NCBI GenBank assembly: GCA_035691205.1
Contig: DASSJM010000017.1
Span: forward strand, 9,481-73,480
Origin: Actinomycetota bacterium
GTDB lineage: Bacteria > Actinomycetota > UBA4738 > HRBIN12
Direction: 5' to 3'
Length of the DNA: 64,000 nt
Part shown: piece after piece, positions 1 through 7,929 of the stretch
Layout: each line of letters begins with the position of its first letter
Position numbering within the stretch: position 1 is the stretch's first letter
Notes under the pieces: model-generated
What the model was told of the DNA's origin: nothing
Database searches by the model: none
The model's input: the letters and a program-made list of their open reading frames with translations, nothing else
Program-made: the position numbers and the translations under genes

Positions 1-250
1 AGGCCGATCCGGCCGGCGATCGCGACGAACGGGCGGAGCACGGCGAGCGCGGCGGTCCGTCTGGCGCCCACCGGCCCGGCCGAGGCGTTCCGCTCCAGGA
101 TCGGAGCCGCGAGGAGCGTCCACAGCAGGAGGCAGACGCCGAGCGCGACGCCCGCCTGCCAGGCGCCGACCAGGCGGGGGCGCGCGCGCACCTCGTCGTC
201 ACCCTCGGCGCGGTCCTCGTCCGTCTGTGGGTCGAAGGTCTCGATCGCCA
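1..250 (-). CDS. Hypothetical membrane-anchored protein, N-terminal part only (gene runs off the window start). It is the immediate downstream partner of the MBOAT gene, in the AlgJ/DltD-like position.
   Basis: ATG at 248-250 (minus strand), 3 nt after the MBOAT stop. Translation MAIETFDPQTDEDRAEGDDEVRARPRLVGAWQAGVALGVCLLLWTLLAAPIL has a hydrophobic anchor. The frame stays open to the window edge. Confidence 0.35.
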
Positions 251-253
251 TGG

Positions 254-1672
254 TCAGAACCTGAAGTAGATGAACGGGGTGACGCCCTGCGGTCCCAGGG
301 TCGTGATCGCGAACAGCACGAGTGCCAACGCGGCACCTTGCAGCACCGGCGCGAGGCGCGAGAACACCACCCGCACCCGGAGGGCCGGCTCGCTCGGCAG
401 GTACTGGACGACCAACATCCCGACGATCGCGATCAGCACGAGCGGCGTGACCACCTCGAGCGAGCCGGGAGCGAAGAGCCGTCCCAGCAGCTCGAAGGCG
501 GAGCCCATGGAGTCGGAGCGGAAGAACACCCAACCCAGGCAGACGAGGTGGAACGTCACGATCCGCTGCCGCGCCAGGGCCCAGCCCGCGGTTGCCTGCG
601 CGATGCCCTGGGCCCGCGCTCGCATCCGTCGTCGACGCCCGATCACGAGGGCGGCCCCGTTGTAGGCGCCCCAGGCGAGGAAGGTCCATCCCGCTCCGTG
701 CCACAGGCCGCCGAGGATCATCGTGACCATCAGGTTGACCGCCGTCCGCAGCTCGCCGTGACGGCTGCCGCCCAGCGGCACGTACAGGTAGTCGCGGAGC
801 CAACTGGACAAGGTCATGTGCCAACGGCGCCAGAAGTCCTGGATCGAGATCGCCGTGTAGGGACGGTCGAAGTTGGCGGGGAACTCGAACCCGAGCAGGA
901 GCGCCGTGCCGATCGCGATGTCGGTGTACGCGCTGAAGTCGGCGTAGATCACGATCGCGTAGGCGTAGATCGCGATGAGGACCTCGAGCCCGCCGTGCGC
1001 GGATGGCGCGCCGAAGACCGGGTCCACGATCTGGGTCGCGAGGTAGCTCGAGATCACGACCTTCTTGAAGAGCCCGCCGAGGATCAGGAACGCTGCGCGC
1101 GACAGGTCGATCGCACCCGCGTCGCGGCGGCGCCGGATCTGTGGGATCAGGTCCTTGCCGCGGACGATCGGTCCTGCGATCAGGTGGGGGAAGAACGCGA
1201 GGTACACCGAGACGTCCAGCCAGCCGGACGGCTGGATCTCGTAGCGCGAGACGTCCACGACGTAGCTGATCGCCATGAACGTGTAGAACGAGATGCCGAT
1301 CGGCAGGAGCACCTGCAGCAAGGGCAGTGGCGGCTCCAACCCCACCGACTCGAAGGCGTTCGCGACGTTCAGCGCGAAGAACCCGTAGTACTTGAACCAC
1401 GCGAGCGGCAGCAGGAGCGCTCCAACGGCGACGAGCGTTCGACGTCGGCGCCGAACGTCGTCCTGTTGGCGCTCGACCCAGGCGGCGGCCCCCCAGGCGA
1501 GCGTGCTCACGAGGACCAGGAGCCACACGAGTCCGGGGTCCCACCAGCCGTAGAAGACGTAGCTCGCGGCGAGGATGAACCACTTCCACGGCGTGCGGTA
1601 CCGATTCAGCACCCAGTGCAGGGCGAACACGATCGCGAAGAACAGCGCGAAGTCGGTCGTCGGGAACAGCAT
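254..1672 (-). CDS. MBOAT family membrane-bound O-acyltransferase (AlgI/DltB-like)
   Basis: 472 aa, multi-TM. Conserved MBOAT His motif FWRRWHMTLSSWLRDYLYVPLGG. Non-junk amino-acid composition. Confidence 0.9.
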   Translation of the reverse strand: MLFPTTDFALFFAIVFALHWVLNRYRTPWKWFILAASYVFYGWWDPGLVWLLVLVSTLAWGAAAWVERQQDDVRRRRRTLVAVGALLLPLAWFKYYGFFALNVANAFESVGLEPPLPLLQVLLPIGISFYTFMAISYVVDVSRYEIQPSGWLDVSVYLAFFPHLIAGPIVRGKDLIPQIRRRRDAGAIDLSRAAFLILGGLFKKVVISSYLATQIVDPVFGAPSAHGGLEVLIAIYAYAIVIYADFSAYTDIAIGTALLLGFEFPANFDRPYTAISIQDFWRRWHMTLSSWLRDYLYVPLGGSRHGELRTAVNLMVTMILGGLWHGAGWTFLAWGAYNGAALVIGRRRRMRARAQGIAQATAGWALARQRIVTFHLVCLGWVFFRSDSMGSAFELLGRLFAPGSLEVVTPLVLIAIVGMLVVQYLPSEPALRVRVVFSRLAPVLQGAALALVLFAITTLGPQGVTPFIYFRF

Positions 1673-1758
1673 CGTCTCGGTGGGCGCCGCCTACGCCGCC
1701 CGGTGTCGCTCCCTCCCCGGCCATGGGGTTCGGTTCGAGGTTAGGCTAGCCGACCGAG

Positions 1759-2928
1759 ATGGCCGATCCCATCGATCCGCTCGACTACCTCGATCTGGAT
1801 CGCCTGTTGACCGACGAGGAGCGGGCGGTTCGGGACACGGTCCGGGACTGGGTTCGGGACCGGGTCCTCCCCGGGATCGAGGGATGGTTCGAGGCCGGCG
1901 GGTTCCCGCTCGAGGTCGCCAAGGAGCTCGGCGCGATGGGGCTCCTCGGGATGCACCTCACCGGCTACGAGTGCGCGGGCACGAACGCGGTCTCTTACGG
2001 CCTGGCGTGCCTGGAGCTCGAGGCGGGCGACAGCGGCTTCCGCTCGTTCGTCTCCGTGCAGGGATCGCTCTGCATGTTCCCGGTCTGGCGCTTCGGCTCC
2101 GAGGAGCAGAAGCAGCGCTGGCTCCCGCCGATGGCTCGAGGCGAGGTCGTCGGCTGCTTCGGGCTCACCGAGCCGGACGCAGGATCCGACCCATCGAGGA
2201 TGCGCACGAGCGCGCGCCGCGACGGTACGGACTGGATCGTCTCGGGCACGAAGATGTGGATCACGAACGGGAGCGTCGCCGACCTCGCGGTCGTCTGGGC
2301 GCAGACCGACGAGGGCATCCGCGGCTTCCTCGTGCCCACCGACACGCCCGGGTTCTCCTCGAGCGACATCCACCGCAAGCTGTCGCTCCGGGCGTCGGTC
2401 ACCTCCGAGCTGGTGCTGGACGACGTGCGACTGCCGCAGGAGGCCGTGCTCCCCGAGGCGACCGGGATCAAGGGTCCGCTCTCATGCCTGTCCGAGGCGA
2501 GGTACGGGATCGTGTGGGGCGCGATGGGGGCCGCCCGGACCTGCTTCCAGACCGCCCTCGACTACTCGAAGACGCGCGTGCAGTGGGGACGGCCGATCGG
2601 AGGGTTCCAGCTCACGCAGCGCAAGCTCGCCGACATGGCGCTCGAGCTGAGCAAGGGGACGTTGCTCGCCCTGCACCTCGGGCGGATGAAGGACGAAGGA
2701 CGCCTGCTGCCCGGGCATGTGAGCATGGGCAAGCTCAACAACGTGCGGGAGGCCCTCGCGATCGCGCGCGAGGCTCGAGGGATCCTGGGCGCGAGCGGGA
2801 TCACGCTCGAGTACCCGGTGATCCGTCACATGAACAACCTCGAGTCGGTCCTCACCTACGAGGGCACGAACGAGATCCACACGCTCATCGTGGGCGAGGC
2901 CCTCACCGGGCTCCGCGCGTTCGAGTAG
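1759..2928 (+). CDS. Acyl-CoA dehydrogenase (glutaryl-CoA dehydrogenase-like)
   Basis: 389 aa. ACAD motifs GCFGLTEPDAGSDP, MWITNGS, YEGTNEIHTLIVG. Start is 14 nt after a Shine-Dalgarno-like stretch. Confidence 0.9.
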   Translation: MADPIDPLDYLDLDRLLTDEERAVRDTVRDWVRDRVLPGIEGWFEAGGFPLEVAKELGAMGLLGMHLTGYECAGTNAVSYGLACLELEAGDSGFRSFVSVQGSLCMFPVWRFGSEEQKQRWLPPMARGEVVGCFGLTEPDAGSDPSRMRTSARRDGTDWIVSGTKMWITNGSVADLAVVWAQTDEGIRGFLVPTDTPGFSSSDIHRKLSLRASVTSELVLDDVRLPQEAVLPEATGIKGPLSCLSEARYGIVWGAMGAARTCFQTALDYSKTRVQWGRPIGGFQLTQRKLADMALELSKGTLLALHLGRMKDEGRLLPGHVSMGKLNNVREALAIAREARGILGASGITLEYPVIRHMNNLESVLTYEGTNEIHTLIVGEALTGLRAFE

Positions 2929-2944
2929 GTCTGGTTCCTCCCGG

Positions 2945-3745
2945 TTACCAGTCCCAGCCGCCCGAAGGCTCGACGGGCTCGGCCGGCTCGACGGGTTCGA
3001 TGGGTTCGACCGGCTCGACGGGCTCGGCCTTGAAGAGCAGCCGCCACGTGAGCGGCCCGAAGTACCCGTCGGCCTGGCTCTGCAGCCCAGGACGTGACCG
3101 CTCGAACGCCTCGACGGCCGCGCGCGTCTTGGGGCCGTACTCGCCGTCCATGGGTCCCGGATCGAAGCCCAGCAGGGCGAGCTGTTCCTGCGCGGCACGC
3201 ACGCGATCCGAGCCCTCGCCGTAGAAGGGGTACGGGACGGGCTTGCCCCGGTCGAGCTCGGACTTGGCCTTGGCGGTCATGGCCCGCGCGTCGGCCGGGG
3301 TTCCCAGGAACTCGTAGTGCATCGGATCCTTGATGCTCTGGTACCAGCCGCCCCAGAAGAACCCGTACCCCCACCAGAGGCCGGGCAGCCACGTCGGCAT
3401 GTCGGAGACGAACGCCTCGCGATACGGGTTGGACGGGGCGTTGATGTCCACCGCCAGCCCCCACGAGTGGTTAGAGGGCACCGACGTTCCGCGGATCGCG
3501 CGGCAGGCGAACCCCCAGCTCTGCCCGGTCTTGACGTCGTAGCCGCGTCGCTCCGTCTCGTCGATCAGCATCGCGACGAGTTGCGCGATCGCCTCGTTCA
3601 CGGGCAACCGGAGGCCGTCCTCGCGGCTCAGGCTGACGAGCCGGTCCTGCTGGCAGGTCGGCCAGCCGCTGCCCCACCCGCGGGTGCTCGCGCTCGTGCG
3701 CGAGACGGTCGGCGCCTTCGGGTACTCGCCGAGCGACGGCGACAT
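2945..3745 (-). CDS. Peptidase M15 (VanY/zinc D-Ala-D-Ala carboxypeptidase-like) with a C-terminal peptidoglycan-binding domain and an (E/A)PVEP repeat tail
   Basis: M15 signature NHSWGLAVDIN (SxHxxGxAxD). PG_binding_1-like VRAAQEQLALLGFDPGPMDGEYGPKTRAAVEAFE. Start chosen at the internal ATG 3745 (MSPSLGEYPK), which is preceded by gaggaggg. The ORF-track start at 3838 adds an Arg/Gly-rich extension that is probably not translated. Confidence 0.8.
   Translation of the reverse strand: MSPSLGEYPKAPTVSRTSASTRGWGSGWPTCQQDRLVSLSREDGLRLPVNEAIAQLVAMLIDETERRGYDVKTGQSWGFACRAIRGTSVPSNHSWGLAVDINAPSNPYREAFVSDMPTWLPGLWWGYGFFWGGWYQSIKDPMHYEFLGTPADARAMTAKAKSELDRGKPVPYPFYGEGSDRVRAAQEQLALLGFDPGPMDGEYGPKTRAAVEAFERSRPGLQSQADGYFGPLTWRLLFKAEPVEPVEPIEPVEPAEPVEPSGGWDW
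2966..3028. repeat. Tandem 6/12-nt periodic repeat (ggctcgacgggytcg...) encoding EPVEPVEPIEPVEPAEPVEP at the C-terminus of the M15 peptidase
   Basis: Directly visible periodic repeat. It produces GSTGS repeats in the shadow frame. Confidence 0.8.
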
Positions 3746-3881
3746 CAGGGTCCCTCCTCTTCCCAGATGGGCTCCTCGATCTCGAGATCGTCCGGCGGAT
3801 CCTCGTGCCGATCGGGGTCCCATGCCTCCAGGTCCCACTTGCCCGGATCGATCCGCTCGCGCGGTCGTCGGTCGTCGGTCC

Positions 3882-4898
3882 TCATGTCGCGTCCTCCACG
3901 AGGTCGGGGATGTCGATCACGCCGCCGTGCGGGAACTCGGCGAGGTACCGATCGAAGTCCCACCCTTGCAGGAACTCCATGGCCGCCTCGAAGCCGCTGT
4001 CGAACAGCAGGTCCTGCACGGTCTCGTCGATGTCGAAGTCGGTCGCTCTGACGCCGAACGTGTCGACGAAGATCGTCCGTGCGAGCGCCGAGGGCTCGTC
4101 GATGTGGATCTGGTCGTGGAAGCTCGTCATCGTTCCGAGCATGGCTCGCGCGAGGCTGAACGTGCCGTGCACGTCGTACTTCTGGCGCTGCGCGGCATCG
4201 GGCTTGGCCGACAGCTTGACCCCGAAGGTGGGCCAGCGCGCCGGCCGCCCATCGGTCCGGTCGAACACCTCGATCGGGAAGTTCGACAGCATCCCGCCGT
4301 CGACCATGTACGAGGTCTGCTCCTTGCCCTCCGCGTCGCGACTCGTGAAGCGGAGGGGCTCGTAGAAGAACGGGATCGACATCGACGCCCGGACGGCGCC
4401 GGCGACCGACTGCTCGTCGGGGTCGAGCCCGTACTGCGGGTAGTCCCACGGGAGCCGGACCAGGCGTGCCCTGGTCACGTCGGAGGTCATCACCACGAGC
4501 CGGTAGGACCTCTCGGGGGGAAGCGAGCTCCCGGGGTCCTCGATGCGGAGGTCGCCGAACGTGCGCACCCCGAGCGCCGCCAGTTGCTGGTCCAGCCACT
4601 CGCGTAGGTAGCTACCCTCGTAGATCCCCTTCTCGAACAGCAGCGACGCACCCTTGCCCACAAGCCAGAGGTGGTCGAGGTACCCCTTGTCCTCGAAGCG
4701 TCCGTAGTCGATCTCGCGCATCACGCGCTGCAGTTCGTCGGGCGTGATGTCGGCGGCGATCAGGGCACCCACGATCGCCCCGGCCGATGTCCCGGCGATC
4801 CGGTGGAACGCGTAGCCGGCCTGCTGCAGGGCGGAGTACGCGCCGACGAGCCCGATGCCCTTGACGCCTCCACCCTCGAGCACGAGGTCAGCGTCCAT
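3882..4898 (-). CDS. Patatin-like phospholipase (PNPLA family)
   Basis: Start MDADLVLEGGGVKGIGLVGAY (GGGxKG oxyanion motif). GTSAGAIVGA (GxSxG nucleophile). DGG motif in YMVDGGMLSNFP. gggagga SD upstream of ATG 4898. The ORF-track N-terminal 43-aa extension was rejected. Confidence 0.9.
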   Translation of the reverse strand: MDADLVLEGGGVKGIGLVGAYSALQQAGYAFHRIAGTSAGAIVGALIAADITPDELQRVMREIDYGRFEDKGYLDHLWLVGKGASLLFEKGIYEGSYLREWLDQQLAALGVRTFGDLRIEDPGSSLPPERSYRLVVMTSDVTRARLVRLPWDYPQYGLDPDEQSVAGAVRASMSIPFFYEPLRFTSRDAEGKEQTSYMVDGGMLSNFPIEVFDRTDGRPARWPTFGVKLSAKPDAAQRQKYDVHGTFSLARAMLGTMTSFHDQIHIDEPSALARTIFVDTFGVRATDFDIDETVQDLLFDSGFEAAMEFLQGWDFDRYLAEFPHGGVIDIPDLVEDAT

Positions 4899-5493
4899 CG
4901 CCGTCCTCCCCGGCGACGGTGATCGGCTCGCCCCGCCAAACGGGATCGGGCGGGACCGTCGAGAGGTGGAACACGTTCGCGAGGTGTACCCACATGCGTT
5001 CGCCGATCGTGGGTGACTCCTTGGCATACCGGTCCATCCGTTGCCGCGCGCTGTTCAGGCTGCCCTCGGGCTGACCTCTGGCGTCGCGCGGCAGCGCGAG
5101 GGTCTCGGCCATGTCGCGGCGGAGCGTCTCGTACCGGAGCGCCGCGATGCGGTGACCCTCGGCCCTCGTCGCGTATCGCAGGAACGTCTGCAGGCTCGAC
5201 AGCACGGCCGCGAGGACGCTGATCACGCCGACGACGATCAGCCACGTCTGCGAGTTGGCCGCGCCGTCGCCCGTCTCGCTCGCGTTCTGCACCGAGGCGA
5301 AGGCGCTGGTCCCCACCACCGTGGTGAGCACGACGACGGGGATGCCCAGCATGAGGTACCGCCGCCGGAGCCGGTCGGCCATCAGGCGGTGTCCGTGCTC
5401 GGCGGCGGCAACCCGCCGATGCCAGGACTCGTAGAGGTTCTCGAGGGCGTCGTCCCAGGCCAACCGGCTGGGCTTCGTCGGTGTCGTGGCCAT
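4888..5493 (-). CDS. Two-TM membrane protein, SLATT-like in architecture (helical N-region, two TM helices, helical C-region). Possible pore-forming or holin-like effector.
   Basis: 201 aa. TM1 LMLGIPVVVLTTVVGTSAFASV and TM2 WLIVVGVISVLAAVLSSLQTFL, flanked by charged helices (ENLYESWHRRVAAAEHGHRLMADRLRRRY...RYATRAEGHRIAALRYETLRRDMAETL). Strong SD ggaggagagg 6 nt upstream of the ATG. Its stop overlaps the patatin start by 11 nt. Confidence 0.6.
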   Translation of the reverse strand: MATTPTKPSRLAWDDALENLYESWHRRVAAAEHGHRLMADRLRRRYLMLGIPVVVLTTVVGTSAFASVQNASETGDGAANSQTWLIVVGVISVLAAVLSSLQTFLRYATRAEGHRIAALRYETLRRDMAETLALPRDARGQPEGSLNSARQRMDRYAKESPTIGERMWVHLANVFHLSTVPPDPVWRGEPITVAGEDGDGR

Positions 5494-5602
5494 GTGCCTC
5501 TCCTCCGTGTGGGGCGATGCTGACGACTCGCGTCGCCGCGCGCGATGGGGCGTTCGGCGTACGGACCGCGTCGACGGATATCTGGGCTACAGCGTCGGGT
5601 GG

Positions 5603-6298
5603 CTAGGGCGGCGACGCCTGGCGATAGCGGACGCGGAAGAAGGCGAGGACCGCCGGCCCCGCCGGGGACGACCGGACCACGGTGCTCGCGGACGGGTTCG
5701 CGACGCTGAGCGAGAGCGTGACGTCGTCGTCGCGCGGGTGGTTGGGGTCGTACAGGCGCAGGGTGAGGGCCGTTCCGCTCAGGTCGTAGCCGTACGCGAG
5801 GACCTGGTGGTTCTCCTTCAGGTCGAACGGGTCGCTCGACCGAATGCGGACCAGGCCGAGGGGAGACGGTCGTCCGGCGTCCACGTCGGCGCGCACCTTC
5901 GGCCACTCCTCCGTGATCATCCGCCACGAGCGTCCGTGTGGGGCGACCCCGAGGCGGCTCCAGACGGTCTCGCCGTCGGGAAGGAGCGGGCTCATCAGCT
6001 GGAGGTACCGAGCGGGACCGAGCGGCAGGTCGAAGCTGTCGAACAGCCGGTCCACCAGGTAGTCGAAGAGCGGACCGTCATCGGGCGGCGTGGTGTCCGG
6101 CGGCGGCGGGCGGTCGGCCTCGAAGTAGTCGCGAGCCGCGAACGCCATGCCGCCGCACAGGCCGTTCGACGCGTCGCCGATCGGGACGCTCACCACGCCC
6201 GGGATGCCGATGCGCCGGACGGGGACGCGTGCGAACGAGTTCGGGAACCCGAACCCCGAGGTGCTCGGAAGGAACCCGGGGACCACGCGCGTCGTCAT
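5603..6298 (-). CDS. Hypothetical protein with papain-fold, C39-like cysteine-peptidase Cys and His motifs
   Basis: Start at internal ATG 6298 (MTTRVVPGFLP...). NGLCGGMAFAARDYF resembles the C39 catalytic-Cys block xCGxAxLxM. ENHQVLAYGYD resembles the C39/papain His block NH(F/A)VVLxGYD. The ORF-track start at 6511 adds a junk-like extension. Confidence 0.6.
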   Translation of the reverse strand: MTTRVVPGFLPSTSGFGFPNSFARVPVRRIGIPGVVSVPIGDASNGLCGGMAFAARDYFEADRPPPPDTTPPDDGPLFDYLVDRLFDSFDLPLGPARYLQLMSPLLPDGETVWSRLGVAPHGRSWRMITEEWPKVRADVDAGRPSPLGLVRIRSSDPFDLKENHQVLAYGYDLSGTALTLRLYDPNHPRDDDVTLSLSVANPSASTVVRSSPAGPAVLAFFRVRYRQASPP

Positions 6299-6461
6299 CG
6301 GCTCGACACCTCGGCCGCACGGTGCCACGCCGAGGCCCCGGGCGGTAGCGCCGCTCGTCCTACGTCGGGGACCGGATGCTCCCGGAGCGGCCGGCCGCCG
6401 GGCGCTGGACCCCGTCGGGTAGCCTTGCGCACACACCGACGAGCGGAGGTTCGATCCGACC

Positions 6462-6650
6462 ATGACACGAGAGCTGGAGTGGCCGCTGTTCGAGAAGGCG
6501 ATCGAGATCACGGCATCCGCCCTTCGCGGCGGGATGGGTGGGGAGAACAGCCAGCCCCCGAGCTATGCGGGCGATGTGTTCCGCGCCGTGTGGGACTCGC
6601 TCAAGGAGGCGGCTCAGGAGCTGCCGGAGCGTGGCAAGGCCGGCTTCTAG
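6462..6650 (+). CDS. Small hypothetical protein (62 aa)
   Basis: MTRELEWPLFEKAIEITASALRGGMGGENSQPPSYAGDVFRAVWDSLKEAAQELPERGKAGF. Balanced composition. gcggagg SD upstream. Divergent from the cassette. Confidence 0.4.
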   Translation: MTRELEWPLFEKAIEITASALRGGMGGENSQPPSYAGDVFRAVWDSLKEAAQELPERGKAGF

Positions 6651-7015
6651 TCCACGCTGCTGGACAGGTCGCGGAGCGAGACGATCCCCACCAGCACCCC
6701 GTCATCGGTGACGGGCAGGTGACGGAACCCACGCTCGAGCATGAGGTCCCGCGCGACGGCCACGTCCGTGCCGGCCTCGACGGTGACGGGATCGTGGGTC
6801 ATCCAGTCGGCGACCGGGTGGTGCGCGGCGTCGAAGTCGCTCGCCAGCGCACGCAGGATGTCTCGTTCGGTGAAGATCCCGGCCGCAGCGCCGCCGTCGA
6901 GCACGAGTGCCGAGCCCACGCCGCGCCCGCCCATCAGGGTGGCCGCCTCGGCGACCGTCGCGCCGGGCTCGACCGTCACGAGATCCCTGCTCATGATGTC
7001 GCGGACCGTGGCCAT
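6647..7015 (-). CDS. CBS domain-containing protein
   Basis: 122 aa. MATVRDIMSRDLVTVEPGATVAEA...GIVSLRDL is a typical CBS pair. Confidence 0.85.
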   Translation of the reverse strand: MATVRDIMSRDLVTVEPGATVAEAATLMGGRGVGSALVLDGGAAAGIFTERDILRALASDFDAAHHPVADWMTHDPVTVEAGTDVAVARDLMLERGFRHLPVTDDGVLVGIVSLRDLSSSVD

Positions 7016-7910
7016 CTCTGAGAGAGAACCTATCCGTCGCCGCGCCGGTCGGGAAGCCCTGCGGCGCTGGTACCGGCCTCGTCGCGACGCCTATCCATGG
7101 CGCGCCGACCGGGACCCGTACGCGATCTTGGTCTCTGAGGTGATGCTGCAGCAGACGCAGGCACCGCGGGTGGTGCCGGTGTATGTGGCGTTCCTCCGGC
7201 GGTTCCCGACCGTGATCGCGCTCGCCCGCGCTCCTCGGCGGGCGGTCCTCCGCGCGTGGGCTGGCCTCGGCTACAACCGTCGCGCGGTCGCGCTGTCCGA
7301 GGCGGCTCGGCGCATCGTGCGGGACCACGCCGGTCGCGTTCCCGAGACGCGCCAGGCCCTCGAAGGCCTTCCCGGCGTCGGTCCCTACACCGCGGCCGCG
7401 GTCGCCTCCCTCGCGTTCGGCGTGCCGGCTGCGGCCGTGGACACGAACGTCCGACGGGTCGTGGCCCGCGTCCACCTCGGCGTCGAGCCGCACGAGGCGC
7501 CCAGGGGCGAGGTGGAGACCGCGGCGGACGCGTGGCTCGATCGACGAGACCCGGGTGCGTGGAACTCGGCGGTGATGGATCTTGGACGCGAGGTGTGTCG
7601 GCCGCGCCCGCGCTGCGGCATCTGTCCGCTCGCTTCGGCGTGCCGGTTCCGAGCCTCCGGAGCGGTCGGGACGCCCGGCCCCCGGCGGCAGGGCCCGTTC
7701 GAGGGCTCCACCCGCCAGGTGCGCGGCGCGGTGGTCGGCGCGCTCCGCGAGCGCCCGACGCTCACGCTCGCGGGTCTCTCCTGTCAGACCGCGTTCGAGC
7801 TCGAGCGCATCGTCGCCTGCCTGCCCGGGCTCGTAGACGATGGGATCGTCCACGCCGGACCGGCGGCCCTGGCCGGCCGGTCGTCGGGCCGGGTGCGGCT
7901 CGCGACCTGA
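6996..7910 (+). CDS. mutY: A/G-specific adenine DNA glycosylase (MutY-like HhH-GPD with a 4Fe-4S loop)
   Basis: LRRWYRPRRDAYPWR (MutY N-terminal motif). VSEVMLQQTQ. GLGYNRRA. LPGVGPYTAAAV (HhH). CxxxxxxCxxCxxxxxC in CRPRPRCGICPLASAC. Start uncertain: ATG 6993/6996 or GTG 7008. All three overlap the divergent CBS gene start. Confidence 0.75.
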   Translation: MSRTVAISEREPIRRRAGREALRRWYRPRRDAYPWRADRDPYAILVSEVMLQQTQAPRVVPVYVAFLRRFPTVIALARAPRRAVLRAWAGLGYNRRAVALSEAARRIVRDHAGRVPETRQALEGLPGVGPYTAAAVASLAFGVPAAAVDTNVRRVVARVHLGVEPHEAPRGEVETAADAWLDRRDPGAWNSAVMDLGREVCRPRPRCGICPLASACRFRASGAVGTPGPRRQGPFEGSTRQVRGAVVGALRERPTLTLAGLSCQTAFELERIVACLPGLVDDGIVHAGPAALAGRSSGRVRLAT

Positions 7911-7929
7911 GTCGGGCGAGCCCCGCCGC

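Noticed and set aside
227-1744. 505-aa plus-strand ORF rich in Arg/Glu/Asp/Pro
   Set aside because: It is antisense to the well-supported MBOAT gene, with junk-like low-complexity composition and no domain signatures. It is a typical high-GC shadow ORF.
1575-3224. 549-aa and other overlapping ORFs (1741-2373, 1995-2471, 2482-3198, 2856-3464) across the acyl-CoA dehydrogenase gene
   Set aside because: They are off-frame or antisense to a clear ACAD gene, with Arg/Gly/Pro-rich composition.
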